Numbered from the whole stretch's first letter, positions 52,057-63,891 are shown. The stretch is DNA of 63,891 nucleotides, filler included, from Choristocarpus tenellus KU-1152 (GCA_964200185.2; 11 parts of 11 records of this genome joined end to end with filler, not necessarily neighbours in it), one strand, 5' to 3'. Notes: generated by a model not told the origin, from the letters alone. A program made the numbers and translations.

Positions 52057-52919
52057 TGTTAAAACATAGGCTACTCATTCGATTTGCTCTGATACGATAC
52101 AGCATCGTCAATCCATACTGAACGTTGATTTGTCCATTGCAATGGTCGCTATTCCCATTTACATAATTAGGTCACTACCTCATAAAAAAAAACTCACTCA
52201 GAAGATCACAGTATATAGGAAGTATAGGAGCAGTCACTATCTATCACTCATACAGGCATACTATGCGTGACAATAGTTACATTGGATATGGATTGAACCT
52301 TGGCTTCTTCTTTCTTCTTCATTGTTACTTCATATTTCTCATGTAAGTTATCAGTTGCATAGTATGTGTTGATTCATATTTTTTACCTGACTGGCATTGT
52401 CTATTGTGAGATATCCTGTTTACTCTTGCAACACGTATAAGATACACCGGAATGCCATATAAGCAGAATTAAAACCATCCTTCGCAATCCTTCTCAGTCA
52501 AGGTGACAAATCTCTATACAGAGAGAGGATAAAAGTCTTAATTCAAGCGTCTCAATGAATGACCACACACTCTCTATCAATCATAATTTGCTCTGAGTAA
52601 AACATGCCGCAGACTACTTACCAGTACACATTTCACTTCAACCAAAGTCTGATTGAGTAAGATATCCCTTCAGACGTACCAGACCGAACCTGCAGATAGA
52701 TGTCTTGTTGCACTATGACACACACTTGTTTCTAAACGTGTTAATCACAACACAACCAAACTTACCTTTACCTCACGTCAAACATTATTGTCTGACTGAG
52801 TAAAGTATGCCATCAGACCTATCAGGACGAATCCATCAGTGCTTTGTCGCACTATGATCCTCGCCACAAACCAGACACATCACAACAATCCACAACTTAT
52901 ACGAAATCAGTTTTCAACA
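52057..52919 (+). mobile_element. Putative 3' LTR
   Basis: Begins tgttaaaacataggctac directly after the PPT; candidate end ttttcaaca (TG...CA with short inverted termini). The end position is inferred. Confidence 0.6.
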
Positions 52920-53032
52920 AGAACAAGGCGTGTAGACATAAAATTGAAGTGCACAAGGACGTGAGCCAAGGAATTTTTGTTGTAGTGAAGTACATTCCTT
53001 CTTCAATTTGCTGACATTTGAATAAAGTGACT

Positions 53033-53120
53033 GACCCAAAGTATCTGGGGGGGTGGGGGGGGTCTACACGAGGGTGTCCATTTTGACCAAAATCGGGAAA
53101 AGTGCATTTATTTGCATTAT
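53033..53120 (-). mobile_element. MITE family A, truncated by contig end
   Basis: gacccaaagtatctggggggg...gtctacacgagggtgtccattttgaccaaaatcgggaaaagtgcattta. Confidence 0.88.
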
Positions 53121-53220
53121 NNNNNNNNNNNNNNNNNNNNNNNNNNNNNNNNNNNNNNNNNNNNTTAATTAATTAANNNNNNNNNNNNNNNNNNNNNNNN
53201 NNNNNNNNNNNNNNNNNNNN
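53121..53220. other. Artificial contig linker
   Basis: N44-TTAATTAATTAA-N44. Confidence 0.98.
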
Positions 53221-53967
53221 GTTCTACATAATGAGGAAATAATCGAGTTACTTGCATACACAAGTCTTGGGACCACCAATTTCTTTAACAAGGTGGAATT
53301 GAGGTGTTGGGTATTGGTGGAAGTTGTTCTCTGTCATTTCTTGCGATCCCAGGTTGGTATGTTGGCAATGTGGTCCCAAAAAATTGAGAAAGGGTTAGAT
53401 ATCGTTGAAAATCTGTTCAAGGCAGTACCAAACTGAGCCCCAACTGAGATTGGGCGGATTATGTGAGTTTTGTGCTGCTCATGGGAAATGCCGGGGGAAT
53501 ACAGACTATTATCGTTATCAGGAGTGCAATGCTCAGGTCTGCGAAGACCACCCAGATATGGACTGTTCCCCCAAGGAGGAAAGTACGACGGACACGTTGA
53601 AGGATGTGTCCAAACTTAGTTACAGTCAATATTAGGGAGGTGCACATCAATTTTTCATACCAGATGTTTGCTGCTTTGAATATGAGCTAGGTTCTTTTTG
53701 TCGTTGAGTCACAAGCACGCGGAGAAAGAGAGAGAGGCAAGGATGGGGGAATGAAAAAGAAGGAAGGAAATGTATGAAACGAAAAGAAAGGGCCTGGAGA
53801 TGGGCAATTAGGGCCAAGTACCAAAAAAAGGCGAAGAGGAGGATGAGCAGTGACAACCCTGACAAGAACGTGGTTCAGTTTACGGAGTCCAAATATTGCA
53901 AGCTGATGATGTTGCTGGAGTCAGAGTTTCCACCAGTTGTGGAGATGCGCAATGGTCTGGTTGTTGG

Positions 53968-54623
53968 TGTTAAAACATAGGCTACCCTTCTCTTTAGTCC
54001 ATTGATACAGTCCAGTACCAACAACTAGTGTTGAATGTTGATTCATACATTTGTACTAGTTGCTTGAGTGTGCAAGCACTTAGATCACACATGTATTGCT
54101 CCACGCGGTATGTGAGCATAACTTACCATTGCAAAATGAGTAACTATAGTAGTATACTCGATCCCTGGGATTGGTATATTCAACATACAATCTCAGTAGG
54201 TGAGACACATGAGTTGGCTTAGAATTTGATCAAGTTTTTTTTTTTTCCCACAGAAGAGATAACACTGATATCTACTTGTGATTTTTGCTAGTTATTGTTG
54301 CCACGTAAGACCTCGAATTCACTCTACAGCAAGTGTGTCCGATACACGAATGGATGAGATATACTTGAAAGACACAGAGTTAATACATCTACAACCTTTT
54401 ATAAGGGAACAAGCCTCTGCTCACAGAGCATGCATTACATTTTAAAAAAACACCATAGCTTAGTGGACCATATTCCAGTAGTCAATCGGCCTCTACACAG
54501 ATCATGTTACAAGATTAATCGCATTGAATTCACCAGTTCTTAAGTCCACTAGGTCACTTTTTCAAATACAAGACTTCAAATCTCTACACAGATCCTACGA
54601 TTGATGCATTTCAAGGTTTAACA
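53968..54623 (+). mobile_element. Putative solo LTR related to 52057-52919
   Basis: Identical 18-nt start tgttaaaacataggctac; candidate end tttaaca. No PPT upstream and no clear TSD. Confidence 0.55.
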
Positions 54624-55726
54624 ACAGTCATGTGGAAGTGCTCTGTGTGTGTTGGGGTAGGGTCTGTGCAAATTGTTGCTTTATGGAGGTGAACTGCTCT
54701 GTTGTGCGGGTCAAGCACTGAAAGGCAGTCATAGCCATGAACTGTCTACCCTACCATGTTAGGGTCTCCAGGGATGTGTTTTGTGTCCATGTTCAAGATT
54801 CATGGACTAGAGACACCAGGGCATTAGTTCGGATGCAGTTGTTGTTCTGTCCAACGTGGTTCCCATTTTCAAATTATTTCGTATTTGACCAGACACATTT
54901 TTGGGGGGGTGAATGGCAAGGCCTAGTCAATGTCTTTTGTTTTCGTGGAACAGATCTTTAGGGTTGCAATGGATTATCCATCCACGTTACAGAGACTTCT
55001 GGGTTGGATTTGTAGGTCGTTTTGACCGTGAGACTTGCGTTTTTCACTGTGCACCTTTGTGGAGTGTAGACCACACAGTGAAAGATGTTGCATAGCAAGC
55101 CAATGTGTGTGCGCGTGTGTGCGTGTGTCTTATGGGATGTCTTCGAGTGCCTGTATCCCAAGCTTTAGAACGAGCATTTTATGGTAAATCGGGACTGCTA
55201 AAAGATCAACGAAGCACAGCCCATATCTAAGGACACCCCGTTTGGAATTTTGGTCAGCTTAACCGTTCAGTACCCCTTCTACATTCCCCCCTTGTCCCGT
55301 TAAGTACATGATGGACGTTCGTAGTTTCCAATGAAATCGGAGGGACTACATCAATGGTATTGTTCCATCAAATATTCAACATCTACATCTTGGGTAACAT
55401 TTGGGTATTAATGTAATAAATAAAATAAGTTATTTTAGTAAAATATGTCGTAATAGAATTTGATGTCTACTGTTGTGAGTGGTGAGGGAGGGTCCAATCA
55501 TTCGTGGAGCCTGTTCAAAATCACGACCTATAATGAAGGGGGATTTCTTCAGCAAACCATAAACCCCTCACCACCAAATCTTGAGATGAACGTGAGTCGA
55601 ACCTCGGATGAAATGGATAACATCACATCATTGTAACTCTCAACAGAATGTGGTTAAGGCATTCTGAGGATTTCTTAAGTTGATGATGTTGATGTGAGCG
55701 TCACCAATCATAAAGAATGCATGTAA

Positions 55727-58700
55727 CAGCCTCTGAGCGAAATTGAGGATGGAGCATACTATGGAGGATGGGTTTGACCCAAAATTGTCCTGGTAAAAGT
55801 GTCGATATGTTTTTTTCGTAAAAGTTATGGCACTTTTTTTCGGGCCCCTTTTTGAAAGGGATATTTTTGTTCAGAAAATATTTCGGTGCTTGTATGTAAT
55901 GTCGAAATGGATTTGACTGACATCACCTCCCAACTATATTTGTAGTCATACCACCACCACTACACTCTTGTAGTTTGAAAGTTTCAGTGCATTTGCATGT
56001 ACTTGTCAAAATGGACTTTACCGAGATGACCTATCAACACATAGTCACACCACCATCATAGACATTTGTAGTTCAAAATTTCGAACTTCAAGAGACATTT
56101 TCGAAACAGTTTTTCTTTGTTACAACACCAAACACATATCAGAGTGTCAGAACCAATCAGTAGCTCTCACCTCTCATCTGTTGTGAATAATGATCATAAT
56201 ATTATATGAAGGTGTGTGTGGGGAGAAATAGGATAGGGGTAACATCAGACAAGTAATTAGGCAAACTCCAAATTTGATATTTATGATTAGTGGTTATTGG
56301 CTTAAGAAAGTTCAATACTTTCCATAAAAAATGCCCTTCCGATTTTCTATTTCTATATTCTATATTTGAGGTCAAATTGTCCTTGTTAGAACTTGATCAA
56401 AAACTGGACCTAAATAACCCATAGTTGATAACATATCTCATATCATAAACCTCTATTCAAATATAGAATATAGAATATAGAGGCAAGGAAAATATGAGAA
56501 ATTGAAAGAGTTTAGTGTAACTTCTTATTGGTGGATACATATTGATTGTGTCAACTGCCTTCTTACCAACTTCTATATACATGTATATACATAAAATATG
56601 TATTATATCCTTCACCATCAGAACATAGCCCACCTTTCAAAAACTGTGTTATTTGATAGTTTCATCAATGCTATGAACTTGTCTTCAAACTCACCATCAA
56701 AGACTGGTTCACCCACTCCAGAATCGGTGGTTGGACCACCTCCAGCGGCCCCAGTGTCTGTGGTTGTGGGTGTTTCATCTGCAGGGGCCGCATTGTCGGT
56801 GGTTGCTCCATCTACAGCTACTACAGGATTGACATCAAAGTCCAGTGCGGGGGATGTAACCACTACCGTTATACCTGGAATTAGAAGATACACTCCTCAA
56901 CCGTCTCCACAGGAGCCTTCCCATCAGGCGTCCTTCGAAAGTGCAACAGATTTGGATTATAGGGCAGCTGTGAGGACACGGGCACCTGATTACTCTCTTT
57001 GGAAGGTGGACGACATCAGGAAGGAGGCCATCCGAAGGTCTGGGAAACGCCTACCCCTCCAATTTGGAGATGGGAAGGAAGACAGGCTAGTGAACTTGTC
57101 CCAAAGAAAGATAGATTTGGTTATTGCAGCGCTGACGAAGAGAGACTTCTGGCTATCTTCGAACGGGAGGGATCCTGAATGGTTGAATATTCCACCTCGT
57201 ACTCCACCCAAGAAGAGGCCAAAGCCATTGATAACTGTAGGCGACGACGATAACTTAGGATGTAGAAGTAGACGAGTCCCTGGCGATGCAGCTAGATTGT
57301 TAGCAATCCTCTTCTCCAGCGATTTCTTCAACCTTCTTATGAAGAGCGAACAGCCAGCTTCGCGAGAAGTCCTCGATGAGAAGAATGGGCATGAGCCGGA
57401 CCTATGGAGCAAAGCCGCGATTGTGTTCACCGATCCTTCATGGGTAACAGGCGAGGGCGAGCTCCCTAGTAATCCCAAGTTTCATGGCGTCGGGGCTCCA
57501 GGAAACCTGCAGAGGTTGCTCAACGACCTCAACTATATCCAACCAGCTGCACGCTGGAGAAGTGTCTTCGTGAAAGAGGATGGTTCCGTTGACTTCGAAG
57601 GGGTCGCGATGAAGCTTCGCTTATGGTGGAAGGACATCTTCAAGGAGTATAGGGTAAGACTGGGTTGACTTTTCTCTCTTTTCATCTGATTGTTGTCCCC
57701 ATCATTGAATGCTTCTGCGATTATACATTGGTGTAGCCTTTATGGATTAGTCTCCAATGATGTAGGGCTGCTTTGTCAATTGAAGGAAGCAACCAACCAT
57801 GACCCATATCTCACTACCTAACTCTACCCCTCTCCTGTAACGGCAGATAGCGAAGTCCGTTGGGGATAAAAGCAGAGAGCACAAAGGACATTTCTTTGAA
57901 TTCTGCAATGGCAAACTTTCCTCACAGTTGTTGTATGACTGGTTTGAGTTCAGGGCGGGTGAGAATGGACCTGTACAGGCGTTTTCCACTCTGGTGCTGG
58001 GACGAGAGGCTGGCAGGCTCAGTACCATTACTGATTTATCAGACGACATGGATGTTGCGAACACATGGAGTTCCTCAATAGAGAGGTCAGCAGGTAGTAC
58101 CTCTGATTTCACGCCTACACGTGTGAACACCAAGAAAGGTAGGAGGGCAAGGAGGTTACGAAAAAGTCGCGACGATGATATTTCTGGTGCCTTACAATGC
58201 CTGCGAGAAAGCACAAAGAGCATTATGGAAAGTTGGGTGGAACACACTAGTCCGGACTTAAAGACACTATGCAGCCAAGTTGAAGGGTTCACAAACAAAG
58301 TGATTGAGTTGGAGAGTTTGGGTGATGATATGTTACCATCACAAACTTATGTGCTAGACATGTATCGGAGAGCATTAGCAAAAGCCAAAGCCTCAGTGGA
58401 GAAGAGCCTTTTGCCATGAAAAATGCTTTTAGCAGGGTGCAGGTATAGGTGGAAGAGGATTGGTTAATATTTTGCATCTCTCTGTAGTGGTCCAGTTGTG
58501 CTGGTACTGGTTTGATCAGGAAAATGGGTGGGCTGGCGACCTAACCATGTTGCCTATACAGTTTTTTCTTGTCCTTTTCACATGTGCTGGTGTTTTTCCT
58601 GGTTGTGCACGCAGGTCTTCTATATTCTGTCCATTTATTTGTTTTGCTCCTTGTGCTTTTTTTGTTATGTTCACCCGTCTTCCTTCTCCGTGACCCAACT

Positions 58701-59484
58701 CTTTGTTACCCTCAGAGCACTTTGGGTTTGTAGATGAGAAATTTAAAATACGTACATGTGTTTGTGTTATTTCTCTATGGACTGTGAAGGTGTAATAGAA
58801 TGAAAACGATTCGCAAAAGATCAGGTGATTAGCAAGCTTCCTTGAACTTGCTTCCTGCCTATTATGGATTGCTCGTGTTCTTGCACATTAAACAAGACAT
58901 CACATGATGAGGAAAGTTTTTTCAATTCTTCGCATCGATAACAGGAGTATATCATTCAATAGTAATATCATGTGAATTGAACAGTGATAACAGAGAGTTA
59001 TGGTGCAATGACGAAGAAATGCACAAATGAAATTCAAAAATAGAGGAAGGTAAAGAATGATGGAGACATAGCATGAGCATCACTTCTAGGTGGTACACTA
59101 GGCATCAATGATTCACATATAAATATCTCCAATGTACCACTTCAAGTGACCGACAGTAGACACCATACAAAAAACTATGTTTTCCAGGCAACATCACACA
59201 CCAGGAGGTATCTATGTAACAAGCAAACACATGTTATTGACCAAAACACATCTCAACCATGAGTACGAAAAAATGACCCCAAAAGGAAGGGGTTGGGAGG
59301 GTAGAACTTCAGAAACTACATAATATCTCCACGAGAATTTTGTTACACTATCCTTAACCCTTGGCGAAGTTGGTTATGGAACCCTAAATCAACCCAAACC
59401 TCAAAATCGATCCCATGGATACAGGATTCCACTATCGTTTATTCACAAAGTGCTGGCCTCCATTCTCAATTTTTGTCCGTGTTG
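55727..59484. mobile_element. Putative TIR DNA transposon (about 3.75 kb) carrying a 2-exon gene
   Basis: The left end is a dispersed repeat (also at 44702). ctccattctcaattttt at 59458-59474 is a near reverse complement of aaaaattgaggatggag. Confidence 0.4.
56598..58419 (+). CDS. Intact 2-exon hypothetical protein (542 aa from ATG 56598, or 517 aa from ATG 56673); possible transposon accessory DNA-binding protein
   Basis: Exon 1 ends at 57653 (agg|gtaaga). The intron has a ctaac branch motif and a cag acceptor. Exon 2, 57847-58419, is in frame and joins the 356-aa and 163-aa track ORFs: ...KLRLWWKDIFKEYR|IAKSVGDKSREHKGHFFEFCNGK... Confidence 0.8.
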
Positions 59485-60510
59485 TGTGGTGGTTGAGTCA
59501 TTTCGAGCAATGCTAGTTTATTATTGCAAATGGCGTCATACTTCGATTGGAAGATGTCCTACCTACCCATAGCAGAGCTATCAATCCACCACATCACGAA
59601 GTCGAGTGTCTGCTGGCTATGCACATAAAGGATAGAACATACATATCTACTTAGTAAACAAGATAGGTTGTTGGGTTCTACACCATGGAATCGAAGACTG
59701 CTTCTGTGCAATATAGGCTAGTAGTCTCTATGGTTTATACGTGTTTAGTGACCACTACTAGACAACAGGAATGTTGACTAAGTCGAACAAGTGTTATCGA
59801 CTTGCTTCCATGTATGTGCTTAGAGTAATATGTAGGTTCGAATCTCAGATGATTGACTTCTTATTTCTTGATATAAATGGCTTGATGGAGGATTACTGAC
59901 GTGGTACTAGCTATACAGGATGAGTGACATAGTACGACCAACGGCAGGGCACATTTTGATGTGTCAGCTGATGTGTCAGCTGGCGTGTGCAACAGGATGA
60001 CAAGAGAGAGCACCCCCACCTCAAGGGATAGTGCTCACTCCGCTAATAAATCCATACCACACAAAAGCAAAATACTCTATTTGAGTAGCTCTCTTTTACA
60101 AAGATTCCACAACATACTCCTTTCATAGCTAAGAATTATTTGGATTCTTTGACCACTATTATTGTTTTAAAATTATTCCAATACATCGGAACATCTCATT
60201 TCATTTCACAAGGTCAACCAATGTATTTCGAGAATTCAATGCAAGGCTTGGATGGATAGTAGAAAAAGTACAAACTTAAAATAGTTTAGTATACAAAAGA
60301 AGTAGCAAACATCACCAAACTTTGACTTGTACTTCACTCCAAATTGTTTAGACTAAGCAAATAGAACTCTTAAAAGAACATTCGGAGAAACAAGTTAGGG
60401 ATCTTTTTACTGTGATACCACCAGAAAACAGGACGTGAGAATTATTGATATCAACAAATCCCCCCTGACACATCTGTAAAATATCGGAAGGTGTGAGAGC
60501 CACATTCCAC

Positions 60511-60587
60511 AGAAGGTATACCCTGAAGGTTACCTATCTTGAATATCATGTAGAAGGTATACCCTAAAGGTGACCTATCTTAAACAT
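60511..60587. repeat. 41-bp tandem repeat truncated by contig end
   Basis: agaaggtataccct(g/a)aaggt(t/g)acctatctt(g/a)aa occurs twice. Confidence 0.85.
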
Positions 60588-60687
60588 NNNNNNNNNNNNN
60601 NNNNNNNNNNNNNNNNNNNNNNNNNNNNNNNTTAATTAATTAANNNNNNNNNNNNNNNNNNNNNNNNNNNNNNNNNNNNNNNNNNNN
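60588..60687. other. Artificial contig linker
   Basis: N44-TTAATTAATTAA-N44. Confidence 0.98.
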
Positions 60688-61164
60688 GCAGGTGACTTGG
60701 AGGGGAAAAAAAAAAAACTGAAGGAGATGTTTCAAGAACGTTTGTTGATGAGGTCCAGTGCGAGGAGGTATCATTGAAACAAAACAAACTTAATGTAGTT
60801 ATTTTGTGACTATGTGATTGTAATTATGCACTAGATTGCCTTACAGTAAATTAATTGGACGATTACATACTTTCAAACCTTGCGATGGTGTTTCTGTGCC
60901 AAATCGGGGGTGGGGGGAGGATTTAAGAAACAAAAAAAATGATTTTGAAAATTGATTCAGCTTTGTCATTGGTCGGTTATATATTTCAATGGATAGGTAG
61001 GTATCATTTATTGGAGTATTTGGGAGGTGACGAGTACTTCAAGTAGTGTTATTATTGCAGGTACAGTGTTTTTACTGCCTTTGTGTTTGTGATTGTGAAT
61101 CAGTATCGGTGCATTGCATACATACATCTATCTAGTTATTGTGATCAAGCTTGTGATTTGATTG

Positions 61165-61190
61165 GTGTGTGTGTGTGTGTGTGTGTGTGT
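61165..61190. repeat. (GT)n microsatellite
   Basis: About 13 GT units. Confidence 0.95.
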
Positions 61191-62137
61191 TCATTTTTGA
61201 TAGGTGAATTTTGTTAATTTTATGGTGCATTGCAGGACCAAACTGAGCAACGGGTCATGTTGCACCCATCTGACGGTGCATACCTTGCATGACATGACAT
61301 GTAGACAGTTGTGAGCTCTCCATACATACATTGGAGGCTTGTAACCCCTGATGTAAAATATTGTTTGGAGGGTGGTATGGTATGCGTGTAGTTCACCTCT
61401 TATCATCGTGTTTTGCTTCATATTCCACAGTCTACATATTGTATTGTATGTATTAAACAACCAGGAGTTGTACAGTGGGAGGCGGTGTTGAGAATACACA
61501 TCTCTATGTATATATATCTATATTCTAAGTCTGTGCTACAATTAGGTGCTATTAATAGTACACTGAGTATTTCTATAATCTCTGAGATATCATTCCTACT
61601 AATGATAATGTCTGTAATTTGCATTTGCAGAGTTGCCAGCTCTGCTGACTTTGATCAGTTTGCTTGTAGTAGATTTTCAACTGAACCCCCCCCCCGCCCC
61701 CCTCCCAAACCCCAGTTACTGTTAATAGTACTGGGGTATAAACCTTAGGTGGGAATACTTTTTTTTACGTATTGCCCCTGTTTGGAAATATAGTGTAGTT
61801 TATTTTTATTATTTATTGTAATTCACTCCTGTCATTGAAGTTTTCAACTGATTTTGCACCATTGTGAAGAGCGCACTCTAATTGGCCAATTTAAATGTGT
61901 TCCTCCTGGTGCCGTTTGGGTTTGGGGAAGGTAGTGGACCTTAAAGATGGATAAGAACGAAGACCTAATGTTCGTTTAGATCCTTTCCAGTCACGCACTA
62001 GGCACGCTTTCAGTCAGGAGATGTCTGATGATCATCAAAAGAAAAAAGTCTGATGACTCTGGTTCATGGAAGGACCATTGCGGACCTGCTTCACAGCAGT
62101 AAAAATGGTTCCTTGATGCGTGTTGATATCAATTGAG

Positions 62138-62320
62138 AGCAGTACCTACCATTAAGTTTGAGAGTGGTCCCAACATGTTTGGTAGCAGTACCTACCATTA
62201 AGTTTGAGAGTGGTCCCAACATGTTTGGTAGCAGTACCTACCATTAAGTTTGAGAGCGGTCCCAACATGTTTGATAGCAGTACCATTAAGTTTGACCATG
62301 TTTCAGAGCGGTACCAACAC
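62138..62320. repeat. 46-bp tandem repeat, about 3.5 copies
   Basis: Unit agcagtacctaccattaagtttgagagtggtcccaacatgtttggt; agtacc recurs at 62141, 62187, 62233 and 62279. Confidence 0.95.
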
Positions 62321-63891
62321 TGACATATGGACCATCTCAAGGCTTCAGGAGGTACAAGGCCCAAGAGGAAGGTGGTATCAATGACCCCGATAGTAGCATG
62401 CAGTGGGAGAGAAATTCTGGTCATGAAGATATCAACGCCAATGCTTGCACAATGATTCCCACAAGAAGTTCTAAGACAGTGCTGAGCAGTGAGCCTGTGG
62501 TTGCTCGACTGGGCGTCCCGCTCCCCGCTAAGCTCGACAGCCTGAACAAGAACCTTGGACTTTGGTCGGGTTCAACCTACCTCGCGTTGCTTCTTACTGA
62601 TGATGAGTGCAAGAAGTTGCTAAGAGTGAGGTGGGCAGTGAGTGTGCTGGGCTGCATACCGAGGGACCTGAGAGGCTGGAAAGGTGGAAAGAGGCTGGAA
62701 AGAGGTTGCGCCGTTTTTTTGAACCAAAGAGGGGCTTGGCGCATGTGGGGGATATGAGAGGTGTTAAAAAAAAAAAAAAACTGCAGGGAACGGTCAGAAG
62801 ATGCTACCTCTCTGTGATCGCAACCAGCCTCCAGACAGTAGAGGTGCTGGGCAAGGGCTGCATTACCAGGAGCACAGTCCTGACCTGTCCTATGTTTCGG
62901 AACAGAGGTAGCATTTTTTATTTATTCATTGGTTTGTTTACATATTCATCTTTTTTTTTTGCACTGGTTTAAAACGGTGCTGTAGTGTTACGGTTGCAGG
63001 TGTGAACATTCCAAAGGTGTATTAGGGGGCACTCGTGTCTTTTTTGTTTGTTTGTTGATGTTTTGGGAAGGAGGCGTTTTGCGTGGCTGGGAGGTTTAGA
63101 TTGGAGAGGGGAGTTTGTTGTTGTTGGGGATTTCGAGTCTTGGTGTAGTGTTTGTTGAGTCTTTTTTTTAGTTTTTTTGTGTAGTGTGAACTCAAGTGAA
63201 GTGGAGTTCAAATGCCGAACCTGGTACTGTACGAGAAGTGGAATTGGATCTCCACTGGAGGCATGAATAAAGGAGATCTTAGTATCCTGTCAAAAATATG
63301 CACAGTAGTATGATAGTATTATTAATATTATTATTATTTTAAAAGTCCTAGCTATAGTATTTGTATGATAGTTATGCCACTGATTGTTGTCGTGACCTCT
63401 CTTTCCTCTTGGATGCCAAACACAGCTGGACAGTTTGTGTACTCTAATACCCACCCTACCCTGCCTTGTCCCCCAAATGTGTCCAAAAGCCACCGCCATG
63501 TTCGTCAGGTGGAACACATTGCTGTGGATCCCTCCGATGGGGTGGAGGTGTCTCTCTGCCGTGTGCCTACCACGGGTTGCCTCAGCAGGGCCTGTGGCAG
63601 GGCAGGCATGGAGTTGCACGTGCAGTGGGAAGGCTTTGCCTGTGCGGCTGTTGATCCTGCCACTGGAGGTGAAAATGGAAGCAACAACGTAACGTTTGCG
63701 TGCAGGATTGGGGGCGAAGAGACTCCGGCAAGGCTTGTCGGTGTTGGTACTGGGGGGGGGAGCAACGCAGGAGTTGAAGGTGTGGATGGTGTCTGGCTGG
63801 GTCAGGAGGGTGAAGAGCGTATGGGGTGGGGCTACAAGGGGGGGGGCAAGGGGATTCTGAGGAATGTCGGGAGGATCCTGGTTTGTGATGT

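Noticed and set aside
56618-58298. Minus-strand ORFs 56618-56893, 56990-57478 and 57747-58298
   Set aside because: They are antisense shadows of the plus-strand two-exon gene.

Overview
This is not prokaryotic DNA. The window is 11 short contigs of an intron-rich eukaryotic genome, joined by an artificial 100-nt linker (N44-TTAATTAATTAA-N44). Long introns, interstitial TTAGGG tracts and the transposon types suggest a stramenopile, possibly a brown alga; this is an inference. By reading splice sites and checking exon phases I reconstructed four partial spliced genes: an ANTH/ENTH-like protein (minus strand, 7 exons), a GYG K+ channel with C-linker and a degenerate cyclic-nucleotide-binding domain (8 exons), an ankyrin-repeat protein (4 exons) and methylmalonate-semialdehyde dehydrogenase ALDH6A1 (3 exons). 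There is also one intact 2-exon gene of about 520-540 aa and unknown family, probably inside a TIR transposon. The rest is mostly transposon debris: Ty1/copia fragments and LTRs, a mariner (DD39D/Stowaway-type) 3' end, a decayed LINE, a foldback element and tandem repeats. The most striking structure is a set of three related MITE families (A about 180 bp, B about 260 bp, C about 275 bp; about 20 copies or ends). They share terminal and subterminal motifs, and three copies have clean 4-bp TSDs. I found no CRISPR array, rRNA or convincing tRNA. Most ORFs in the supplied track are spurious. All family assignments are from motif recognition by eye, not database searches.
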